A DNA stretch of 64,000 bases. Origin: Candidatus Undinarchaeales archaeon (GTDB lineage Archaea; SpSt-1190; JASMDC01). The translations under genes were made by a program, and so were the position numbers. Where the stretch lies: positions 63,107 to 127,106 of the forward strand of contig JASMDC010000007.1 in assembly GCA_030753015.1 (NCBI GenBank). The letters run 5' to 3'. Each line of letters begins with the position of its first letter. Position 1 is the first letter of the stretch. The notes below the pieces were generated by a model, which saw nothing but the letters and a program-made list of their open reading frames with translations, was not told the origin of the DNA and did not search any database. Below are positions 27,568 through 36,104 of the stretch, one piece after another.

Positions 27568-29541
27568 TCAGGCAGCGGCGGAGAGGTCGCAGCCCTCTGG
27601 CGGCACCACCCACAGCTCGGCGGTCATGGCATCGTAGTCGACACGGGTGTCGTTCCGGGCGATGAAGGTCACCCCGCCGATCTCCTTGCGAACCTCCATG
27701 GTGCCATTGGCGACCGACTCGTAGTCCACGCGGAAGAGGTGGGCGATGCCGTCGTTCGTCGTCGCCCGGAAGAAGGGGCAGCAGGGGTGGAAGGGCTCCG
27801 AGTCCCAGAGAAGGGTGAGGTTGCAGATGTTGAGTTTGGAGTCGAATGGGACAGCGATCTTTATAGCAGAGTCGGGTAGTGGTGAAGTGATGTTCTGTGG
27901 AATGTCGCAATCAGGTGGGATGATGATACGAAATCTATTTCTTTCTCCAGTGGATGCCGTGAAGTTGTCTGTGAAGACCCCTATTTCACCGACCTTTCTA
28001 CCCGAGAAAAGCCAAGAGGGCACGTATGGATATATTCTTTCTTCATACGGCTGCGCTTGAGCCAATCGTTTATCAGGATGGAATATGTGAATGTAATCAC
28101 TCATTGAAGCAGGTCCTCGGCTGATGAAATAATCGCACACATCGATTCCTTTGTCTTCATCGAGCATAAGTTCACTTATGTATGTTCCTGTCATCCTCCT
28201 GTCTAGGTCTTTTGATACTATGAAGAAGCACAAGTCTTTCTGCAGCCTGTCAGAGAGTTCGCTGCATCTCGTTCTGATATCGCGGATTTTCTGTGGGCCG
28301 GAGGAGGTATTCAGAAATTGAATAAGTTTATCGTTGATAAGGTCCAGACAATAATCCTGTTTTGTGAACTTCTTATCACAAAAAAGAACATCCTCTTTTT
28401 CTAGGGCAAACTCGATATAGCAGGATTCCCGTTTTGAATTATCAGAAAAGTGGATACAGAACTCATGCCCGTCAATCTTTGAAATAAATTCTATACAATC
28501 ATCAAATGATTTATTAGGCCTGATATACGAGGCCCTTGAGCAGTGCTCATATCCTGGAATAGAGCTGATGGCCTTCGTATAACACTCATGTTTTCTGATC
28601 AAGTCTACAACGGACTTACAGTTAGTGTAATCGTAGGTATTAATAGAATTCTTAATTATGCAAGAGTCCCTGTAACTGTCCATCCCATATAAATCATGGA
28701 CATATTCCAATGATTGGATATTGAGACAGATCGAAGGATCATCGAAAAAATGTTCATTAGAGATCGAAAAAATGCATTTATTACGAACATATATATCATT
28801 AATATCCATACAGTCATTCCAATCAAGTCTTCTTGTCACATAGAAGAAAAGGCACCAGTCTCGAATGCCTGAATCAGCTATTTCATTGCATGTTTGCAGC
28901 ACTGTGAATCCTTCGTTTGCAGCCAAGGAGAACGTTCTTTGATCATCACTATACTCAATCCAATTCTTACGTTTTTCAATGGAAGCTCGACTATCCATTA
29001 AATAAATATCAATTAATGCATGATAACAGAGCCGTCTAGCAAAGACATCTTGGGCAGAACGGCAGAGAGATGGATCGGGCCTGTTACGGAGGGCACAGAA
29101 AATGCAGGGGTATCCTCTGTGAAGGTCCCATTTATTCCTGATACCCAATCGGCATTGATCGATATCCCTTGTCTTCATGATGCGCATCCATGTTTCATCG
29201 TCATGTGGCCGCATCTGTTTTAATTCAATACATGGCCAAAAGTTAGTGTTGTTTTCCCGTTTCTCAAGAGCTTCACGACAATAATTACTCAGTTCTTTGA
29301 GACAACCCATTTGTGCACCCTTGAGTGACATGTCTCCAGTTGTGGTCTTATTATTATGACGATCGGTGGTATCATTCTGAATAATAGTGATTGTCTCATT
29401 CTCTACTGTGTTGTTCCCTTTCGATTCATTTTGATCTGGCGTGGTACAATTCAAGAAGAGAAACAGAAGTAATAGAACAGATAATCTTTTTACTTTTGAA
29501 TTACTGCTGCTATTTCCTACAGACACTTTTTGAGTTACCAT
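27568..29541 (-). CDS. Cys-rich secreted or lipoprotein-like hypothetical protein, mostly low-GC
   Basis: Long ORF; signal-like LSVLLLLFLFLNC; repeated C-x(2-3)-I...RDxC units. Confidence 0.7.
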   Translation of the reverse strand: MVTQKVSVGNSSSNSKVKRLSVLLLLFLFLNCTTPDQNESKGNNTVENETITIIQNDTTDRHNNKTTTGDMSLKGAQMGCLKELSNYCREALEKRENNTNFWPCIELKQMRPHDDETWMRIMKTRDIDQCRLGIRNKWDLHRGYPCIFCALRNRPDPSLCRSAQDVFARRLCYHALIDIYLMDSRASIEKRKNWIEYSDDQRTFSLAANEGFTVLQTCNEIADSGIRDWCLFFYVTRRLDWNDCMDINDIYVRNKCIFSISNEHFFDDPSICLNIQSLEYVHDLYGMDSYRDSCIIKNSINTYDYTNCKSVVDLIRKHECYTKAISSIPGYEHCSRASYIRPNKSFDDCIEFISKIDGHEFCIHFSDNSKRESCYIEFALEKEDVLFCDKKFTKQDYCLDLINDKLIQFLNTSSGPQKIRDIRTRCSELSDRLQKDLCFFIVSKDLDRRMTGTYISELMLDEDKGIDVCDYFISRGPASMSDYIHIFHPDKRLAQAQPYEERIYPYVPSWLFSGRKVGEIGVFTDNFTASTGERNRFRIIIPPDCDIPQNITSPLPDSAIKIAVPFDSKLNICNLTLLWDSEPFHPCCPFFRATTNDGIAHLFRVDYESVANGTMEVRKEIGGVTFIARNDTRVDYDAMTAELWVVPPEGCDLSAAA

Positions 29542-29579
29542 TTTCCTCTATGATTATTCTATTGGAGCTTGAACGTAAT

Positions 29580-31079
29580 CTATGTTACGGAAATCGTCTC
29601 GTTATCCATCGCCGCCTTCCTCCCTGCATCGTCCAGCAGCAGGTGCAGGTCGAGGTTGTACCCGCTGACCTGCGTGCAGTTAGGCAACTCGACGAAGAAC
29701 TCGAACGTACCGTTGTCCACCTCGGTGAGCTTGTCCTCCACTGTGCAGTTCCACGATTCGTTGGTCTCGTTGTTGGTGACGCATGTGCGATCGCCATAGA
29801 GCCACTTGTTGCAGGTTTCGTTGTCGTCGTCGCGCCGCAGTAGGAGCCGGACGAAGGTGGAGCTTGTAGCATTTGTGAGCGTGCCGTTTACGGTGTAGTT
29901 GAAGGGCACTGTGACGTTCATGGTGGAGTTGGGGATAGTGCTGTCGGTGATGTTCAGTTCCGCCGTGGTGTTCAGAGCGTCCGTCACGTTGAATTGGACA
30001 TCGGTCTGGTAGCTGGTCGAGCTGTAGCTGGCGTTCACCCTGAGGAGGTAGGTCTTCGACTCGTTCATCGGTGTTGTGAAGTTCTCCTCGTCGCGGAAGA
30101 ACCGGTCGTCGAAGTAGTGTAGGTCGTAGCCAGCAGTGGTGTTGTACCTCGTACCCGTAGTCGTGAAGTTGTAGTTTATGGAGCAGTCGGTGCCGTTCGA
30201 GTTGTTGCACTCGTAGACGCGCACATGGTCGACAGTGGTCTGGTTCCAGTAGATGTAGCCTCCCTGACTGTCCGCGAAGTAGAACGACCATGCCAGAGTG
30301 TCGTTGGCATCGGCAGAGTAGAGACCCCCCGAGATCGGATAGACGTGGCTGAATGTGTCATTGACACCGTACCCGAAGTGATCGATGTAGATGCCGGGCT
30401 TGAGGACCAGCGTCATGCTGAAGGTGTTCGTGGCGAGTTCAGTCACGTCCAGGAGCAGCTGGATCGTCACGTTGTACGTTCCTGTAGAGAAGTCTGTGGT
30501 GTCCCACTCGATGGATGAGTTGTAGGTCTGGTTCGCGTGTACGGTGACGTCAGTGGCGTTCAGGACGGTGCTGTTGTCATCCCCCGTGATGGTGACGTTG
30601 TGGACCAGGTTGGCGTAGGAGAAGTAGCCGTTCAGGCTCATCGTCGTGACGTTTATCACCGCATTGTGGTTCGCGTACTGCGGCGGATCGTATGTGGCCG
30701 ACACGTTGAGCTGTGTGAGGGACATGCGACGCTCGAATCCGAGCTCCGAGGTCCCGTTCGCGGTCAGGTTCACCCATATAGTCCCGGAGCCATAGGATGT
30801 CGCGGTGACGTTCCACGTCTGATTATAGGACGTGGTTGTCGGATCCAATGTGAAATTCAGGTCCGTTGCGTCCGTCGTGTTCAGGTCGTCGGAAAGCGTG
30901 AGGTTGCCGAGGAATGTGAGAGTCGTGTTCGCGGTGTTGTTGATGAAGAACGTCACGTTGAACGGATCGTTGACAACTCCTAAGGAGGGTGCCGTCAGGT
31001 TCACATCCACCGGGATGATGCTGAGCTGTACACTCTCTTTCAGCGTCGGATCGTTCTCCGAGTATGCCGTGATGTCGAT
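29580..31079 (-). pseudogene. 5'-truncated cell-surface glycoprotein (S-layer/Ig-like) fragment
   Basis: Very dense N-x-S/T sequons, beta-rich; frame open upstream of GTG 31010 to a TAG at ~31080 with no signal peptide. Confidence 0.6.
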
Positions 31080-31156
31080 CTACCATGTTCAGATATCGTG
31101 AAGATGTGTCGGAGAACGCATGACTGAACTCCATAAACCTTATATACTATTATTGC

Positions 31157-31181
31157 GTAAATAATCTAATCGGTTATTTAC
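31157..31181. promoter_or_regulatory. AbiEi operator-like inverted repeat GTAAATAA-N9-TTATTTAC downstream of TTATATA
   Basis: Perfect 8-bp inverted repeat directly before the TTG start; AbiEi autoregulation via IRs is established. Confidence 0.65.
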
Positions 31182-31970
31182 TTGAAACAAAATATTTCGC
31201 TTGGATCGAAGGAGGTCGAGCTCCTCTCGACACTGGAGCGTGAGCGACGGGACGTCTTCACTGTCGACGACGCGCGGTCGGTCCTCGCGGACACCTCGCA
31301 CCAGGTTGTCAGGAACCTGCTGTCGGGGCTCGCTGCCAAGGGCCGCGTCCAGAGGATCAAGCGGGGTGTCTACCTGCTCGTTCCCTTCAGGCATCGTGAC
31401 TGGGCCGTGCACGAGCTCTCGCTCGTACCGGTCCTCGCCCGTGACGCGTACGTCTCGTTCGGTTCAGCGCTGCGCTTCTGGGGGATGACCGCCCGCATCG
31501 GCACTGTCGTCACCGCGGCCGTCAGGAGACCTGTCCGGGAACGCGCGTTCCAGGGGACCTGGTACCGGTTCGTGGCACTGGCGGACAGGTTCTTCTTCGG
31601 GCACCGTGCCGTCATGCTCTCGGGAAGGTCCGTACGAGTGGCGACGAGGGAGAAGGCCGTGCTCGACTCACTGCTCCACCCCGAGCACTGCGGGGGCATC
31701 GGCGAGGTAGCACGTGTGGTGAGGGACCATGCAGGTGAGCTGGACTGGGCGCGGGTGGGGCGACACCTGCACAGGATGGACAGCAGCGCCGTAGAGAGGC
31801 GGCTCGCGTACATCCTCCACCACCTCGGACTGGGAGAGTTACTACCCGGAGTAGTCAAGAAAGGATATGATGGATACCGTCCACTCGATCCCCGGGGCCC
31901 GGCCGAAGGGCCGTACGACGGGAAGTTCGGTCTTCGGATCAACGTCGGGCTGGACGAGGTCATGTCATGA
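31182..31970 (+). CDS. abiEi: Type IV TA antitoxin AbiEi family
   Basis: wHTH with L..KG...RIKRGVY, YVSFGSAL..WG, FFGH, TREKAVLD. Confidence 0.88.
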   Translation: MKQNISLGSKEVELLSTLERERRDVFTVDDARSVLADTSHQVVRNLLSGLAAKGRVQRIKRGVYLLVPFRHRDWAVHELSLVPVLARDAYVSFGSALRFWGMTARIGTVVTAAVRRPVRERAFQGTWYRFVALADRFFFGHRAVMLSGRSVRVATREKAVLDSLLHPEHCGGIGEVARVVRDHAGELDWARVGRHLHRMDSSAVERRLAYILHHLGLGELLPGVVKKGYDGYRPLDPRGPAEGPYDGKFGLRINVGLDEVMS

Positions 31971-32761
31971 GCATCGGGAGCAGGGAGTCGCTTGTCGAGG
32001 CGGCGCGGCGGTATGGGATGAACCTCGGGAACGCCGAGAAGGATTACGTCCTGTCGGTCGCGCTCATCGGGCTCTCACGACTCCGTGAGGCCCGCGCCCT
32101 CGTCTTCAAGGGGGGTACATGCCTGAGGAAGGCGTACTTCGACGGCTACCGCTTCTCGTCGGACCTTGACTTTTCAGGAGAGATCGGTGACATCGAGGGG
32201 CTGAGGGGTGCGATCCATCGCGCGTTCGACGGCATAACACTGGAAAAGGTGCGGTTCACGAAGGTCAAGGACATGACCATGACGGGAAAGCAGGGGATGA
32301 CGCTGTCCCTCAAGTACCGGAGCCTCATCACTGACAGACCGCACACTAACAGCATACGGCTTGACATGAGCTTCGACAATCCACCGCTGATGCCGCCGGT
32401 CCGGAAATGGCTCACGCCCCCCGTCGAGTACGGCCTCGAGCTGTTGATGACCCGTGTCATGCCCCTCGCAGAGATACTCGCGGAGAAGGTCCATGCCATC
32501 TTCAAACGCTCGAAACCGAGAGACCTCTACGATATGTGGTTCCTGCTCTCGGGCGGGACCGGATTCGATCGGGAGCTGGTGGATAGGAAGCTCTTGGCAC
32601 TGGGAATCGTCTTCGAGAGGGGGGCGTTCGAGGATAGGCTAGTACTGCTTGGGACGGGGTGGGAGCGAGATATGCGGGATCTCATGGCGTCCTACCCTTC
32701 CTTCGAGGAAGTCAGGAACCAGACGCTCCGGATGCTGGCGGGGGAGGGATATTCCTCCTGA
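31967..32761 (+). CDS. abiEii: Type IV TA toxin AbiEii nucleotidyltransferase
   Basis: EKDY, VFKGGTCL, RFSSDLDF, EILAEK, RDLYD. Confidence 0.92.
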   Translation: MSIGSRESLVEAARRYGMNLGNAEKDYVLSVALIGLSRLREARALVFKGGTCLRKAYFDGYRFSSDLDFSGEIGDIEGLRGAIHRAFDGITLEKVRFTKVKDMTMTGKQGMTLSLKYRSLITDRPHTNSIRLDMSFDNPPLMPPVRKWLTPPVEYGLELLMTRVMPLAEILAEKVHAIFKRSKPRDLYDMWFLLSGGTGFDRELVDRKLLALGIVFERGAFEDRLVLLGTGWERDMRDLMASYPSFEEVRNQTLRMLAGEGYSS

Positions 32762-32843
32762 TGGCGTCCAGCAAGACCTGTACGTGCGCCCCCCCCGCCG
32801 ATACATCCTCGATAGAACCATGCAGTGAGGCCGCGCACTTAAT

Positions 32844-32858
32844 CCAGAAGGTTTAAAA
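32844..32858 (+). promoter_or_regulatory. BRE-TATA promoter (CCAGAAGG TTTAAAA) for the repeat RNA
   Basis: Canonical archaeal BRE+TATA with no credible protein start downstream. Confidence 0.7.
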
Positions 32859-32871
32859 TTCAATCCACTAT

Positions 32872-33980
32872 AGCGGTGAGTCCGGCCTTTCGCTAGGCGC
32901 CCTTCGGGGCGAACCGGCGAGGAGTCGCGGGTCGTCCGGCGTGTGTTTCGATGTGTGCTGGGCGGCGCGGCAGAGGGGCCCTGATGCGCAAGCTGACGGG
33001 CGCTGATGTCGCTGCAAGGGATGCCTGAAAGGGTGCCGGCAACGGCGCTTGGGATGGTATGTCTGGCACCGACCCCGGGCCGCTTGGCGGCGCTTCGGCG
33101 CTGGCGGGTGGTGCGGCCGACAACCGCTGTGGCGCAAGCCGCGGAGGTGCGACGGTCGCGGCGAGGGGTGCTTGAATGGGTGCCGGTGACGGTGCCCGTG
33201 AAGGCGGTCCTGGTCCCGCGGGCCGCCCGGTGGCGCTTCGGCGCTGGTGGGCGGGTTGGCCTGAAAAGAACCGGGGCGCAAGTCTCGGGGAACGGATGGC
33301 CGCGGCAGTGGACGCCCGTGTGGCGCTGGCAACGGCGTTGCGTACGGTGGTGCTGCTCTCGGGATCCGACGGGTCGTCCGGTGGCGCTTCGGCGCTGTGG
33401 GGCGGCGTGATCGGCGGTGAACCGCGGCGCGAGCCGTGGGGAACGGTCGGTCGCTGCGAGGGATGCCCGCAAGGGCGGCTGGCAACGGTCGTTCGGAGGA
33501 CGTTTCTGGTACCGGCTCCGGTCCGGCCGGTCGGCGCTTCGGCGTCGGTTGGGAGGTGCGGCCCGTTGCTCCGTGGCGCAAGTCGCGGGGAAGGGTGGGC
33601 CGTGGCGGGGCGTGTCCGAAGGGGTGCCGGCAACGGTGCTCGGGAGGACGTGTCGCGTATCGGGGACCCGGTGGGTTGTTGGATCAGCGTGGAAGCGAAG
33701 GTACAGCGACGCGGCCTGAAAAGAACCGGGGCGTACGTTCCGGGGAACGGGAGGTCGCGGCGAGGATGCCCGAAGGGTGCCGGAAACGGTGTCTGGGTGT
33801 GCATCCCCGCTCCCGAGGCCCGGCAGGGCTGTCCGGCGGCGTTTCGGCGTCGCGGGGCGGAGCGGTCAAGAACCGAACGCGGCTCCGGTCGCGGACGGGG
33901 AAGGGCCGTTGCAGGGACGCCTGAAGAGGTGCCGGCAACGGTGCCACAGAAGGCGCCCCTGTGTCCCAACCTTTCTTTCC
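32872..33980 (+). ncRNA. Candidate long structured ncRNA of seven diverged ~149-nt tandem multi-hairpin units
   Basis: UUCG loops at 32903, 32947, 33094, 33237, 33388, 33538, 33843; GNRA hairpins at 33039, 33186, 33329, 33482, 33630, 33783, 33935; compensatory and G-U pairs on the + strand; own promoter and U-rich end. Confidence 0.75.
33970..33980 (+). terminator. U-rich archaeal terminator-like tract
   Basis: CCTTTCTTTCC directly after the last hairpin CACAG..CTGTG. Confidence 0.45.
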
Positions 33981-34055
33981 GATGCTACTTACGACTGAGG
34001 GGGCTGTAATTCGCTGCCGAAACCCTCATAAACCTCTCTTGTCCATACATCGACG

Positions 34056-34391
34056 ATGCCCTTCCGCCCCAAGCTCCTGAAGGCCGGCATCTGCCCTGAC
34101 TGCGGCGGCGACCTGCTGCTCGTGGGATTCGGCGACGTCAGGAAATTGCGCTGCGAGAAGTGCGGGAAGGATGTGGAAGAGCGCACGGTCCCCGACGACC
34201 GGGATAAGGAGATCGCCGTCATCGACGTGGAGGAGATGGCAAAGAAGATGGGCACGCTCAAGATACGCTGCCGCAACTGCGGTCGTGTCGGTGTGATGAC
34301 CTGGCAGCTCCAGACCCGGCGCCCCGACGAGCCGCCGACACAGTTCTACAAGTGCCTGCGTTGCGGACGTGCATGGAAAGAGTCGCGTTAG
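34056..34391 (+). CDS. Transcription factor S / RpoM-like double zinc-ribbon protein
   Basis: CPDCG..CEKCG; CRNCG..QTRRPDEPPTQFYKCLRCG with acidic DE hairpin. Confidence 0.88.
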   Translation: MPFRPKLLKAGICPDCGGDLLLVGFGDVRKLRCEKCGKDVEERTVPDDRDKEIAVIDVEEMAKKMGTLKIRCRNCGRVGVMTWQLQTRRPDEPPTQFYKCLRCGRAWKESR

Positions 34392-34414
34392 CTTCCAGCG
34401 GCCTTCATCATGCC

Positions 34415-35005
34415 TTAGGGATGGAATTTATGCTTCTTCCAATGCCCGTGGCGGAACTTGTGCTTCTTCCAATGCCTGTGATGCCGCCGGCGCTTTCTGC
34501 CACAGGGATTTCGCCCCTTGAAAGTGGGCTTGGCGGACGGAGCGGCATCGATCCCTGCTTTGGGCGGGCTCACGATGACCGTGCGCTTCACACCGTCCAC
34601 GCCCAAGAGCTCATAGATCGTGGACGGGCCCATCCTGGATGACGAAAGGACGATACCGGGTAGCCCTGGATTTACCGGTGCCGGAGCGTCGAAGACGTGA
34701 TCGGTCTCCGGTCCATCGTCGGAATCCGTGTCAGCGGACTGCACCGGTGGGGGGTCATCGGTGATGACCATCGCGGCGGGCTCGCCCGCATTCTCCTCCT
34801 TAGGCTTCTCGACGAGCACCAGCAGTGGTCTATCGGTGACGGCCTCTTCCTCTACGGCAGTCTCCTCCACGATGAAGAGACTCAGACCGTTGCCCTGGCC
34901 CGAACCCCAGTCCTCCGTCCAGAATGCCTGGCCGGACGCAAGGACGACCCCCAAGACCGTTAGTAAGACTGTAGCTAATATGATATAACTTGACCTCAAT
35001 CTCAC
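34415..35005 (-). CDS. Hypothetical secreted/membrane protein with acidic linker and His/Lys-rich tail
   Basis: Signal-like N-terminus; tail RHHRHWKKHKFRHGHWKKHKFHP. Confidence 0.6.
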   Translation of the reverse strand: MRLRSSYIILATVLLTVLGVVLASGQAFWTEDWGSGQGNGLSLFIVEETAVEEEAVTDRPLLVLVEKPKEENAGEPAAMVITDDPPPVQSADTDSDDGPETDHVFDAPAPVNPGLPGIVLSSSRMGPSTIYELLGVDGVKRTVIVSPPKAGIDAAPSAKPTFKGRNPCGRKRRRHHRHWKKHKFRHGHWKKHKFHP

Positions 35006-35135
35006 GCACCTCGTTACTCTCGCTCCTACTAGAATACTAGGCGTCCCAGGTATATAACGATTGTTATCACAATCGTTATGGGACCCGGATAGGATCAACT
35101 CTCGCGTACGCTCGTCGGTGGACCCGCGACCGTGC

Positions 35136-35471
35136 TCACAGCATAGCAAGGGCTATGAAAATGACTAGCAGCGGCAGCCAGAGCGGCAGGAGGGCGAGCC
35201 CTAGAACGACCGAGGACTCCAGAAAGAGGAAGGGGAACACCAGCTTCGTCCCGCTGAACATCCGCGTGGGCTTGTGGAGCTGCATCCCCAAGAAGTAGAC
35301 GATGATGTAGTAGTTGAGCACGAACCCGGGCACGGTGAACGAGTCGGAGGCCGGCAGCCCCGGCATCTGGGTGTACTCCTCAACGGAGCGGAACCCGTCG
35401 TACTCGGGCTGGTGGAGCTCGTACGTCCCGCCCTGCTCGCCCTGTGTGTACAGCACCATGTCCTTGTTCAC
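35136..35471 (-). CDS. Small membrane protein, last gene of the AIM24 operon
   Basis: Coupled by GTGA overlap; two hydrophobic segments. Confidence 0.65.
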   Translation of the reverse strand: MNKDMVLYTQGEQGGTYELHQPEYDGFRSVEEYTQMPGLPASDSFTVPGFVLNYYIIVYFLGMQLHKPTRMFSGTKLVFPFLFLESSVVLGLALLPLWLPLLVIFIALAML

Positions 35472-36100
35472 CCCTTCATCGACTGGATGCCCACGTACCC
35501 CGGCCCCGTGACCTGGAGCAGGAAGAGCCCCTCGCCACCGATGATGATGTTCTCGAGGCCGTGGACTCTGACCAGCTCCAGCTCGACGCTGTGGTCCTTG
35601 AACACCAGGTACCCCTGGTCGATCATCATGGTCTGGCCCTGCTCGAGGCGCGTGATGACGTAGTCACCGTGGACGTGCATGAACACCTTCCCCGGTCCCG
35701 TGAGGTTCTGGAAGATGAGGTTGTCGCGGGCGAAGCTGGCCATGCCGATGAGCCTGATAAGGCTGTGGGACGCCAGGGAGATGGAGAACTGCACTGTAGG
35801 TTCCATGGCCAGGAAGCCCGAGTGGGCGATGTCGATGGCCTGGCCGGGCTGGAGGTCGAGCTCCTTGATCATCCCTGGCTTGCCGGCGGCGATGGCGACG
35901 GTGCCCGGACCTTCGTACTTGTCCAGTGCCGCTGACTCGCCGGTGAACAGACGTGAGAAGAACCCCATCCCCAGAACGGCGTCGGAGTGGATGTCGGGCG
36001 TTTCGTACAGCATGGCTCCGCGCTCGCACACGATGGTCTCGCCCTGGTAGAGGTCGACCTCCATGACGGGTGCGAAATGGCCTATGATACGTGTCTCCAT
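35468..36100 (-). CDS. AIM24 (DUF124/TIGR00266-like) family protein
   Basis: ERGAML, TGES, GPG, GGEGLF motifs. Confidence 0.85.
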   Translation of the reverse strand: METRIIGHFAPVMEVDLYQGETIVCERGAMLYETPDIHSDAVLGMGFFSRLFTGESAALDKYEGPGTVAIAAGKPGMIKELDLQPGQAIDIAHSGFLAMEPTVQFSISLASHSLIRLIGMASFARDNLIFQNLTGPGKVFMHVHGDYVITRLEQGQTMMIDQGYLVFKDHSVELELVRVHGLENIIIGGEGLFLLQVTGPGYVGIQSMKG

Positions 36101-36104
36101 CCCA

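Noticed and set aside
32920-33965. Nucleosome-positioning DNA suggested by the ~149-bp period
   Set aside because: Strand-specific G-U pairs and UUCG/GNRA loops point to RNA structure; the period match is probably coincidental
32872-33980. CRISPR array, RNase P RNA, SRP RNA or rRNA as the identity of the repeat region
   Set aside because: No identical 25-40 bp repeats or cas genes; no GAGGAAAGUCC/GGCUUA RNase P pseudoknot (only partial look-alikes GAGGAGTC and ACAGAAGGCG); no SRP helix 8 or rRNA signatures recognised
32639-34009. Long ORFs on both strands across the repeat region (e.g. 32893..33969 -, 33176..34009 +)
   Set aside because: Arg/Pro/Gly/Ala low-complexity translations typical of GC-rich DNA; repeat motifs shift between frames; conservation follows base pairing, not codons
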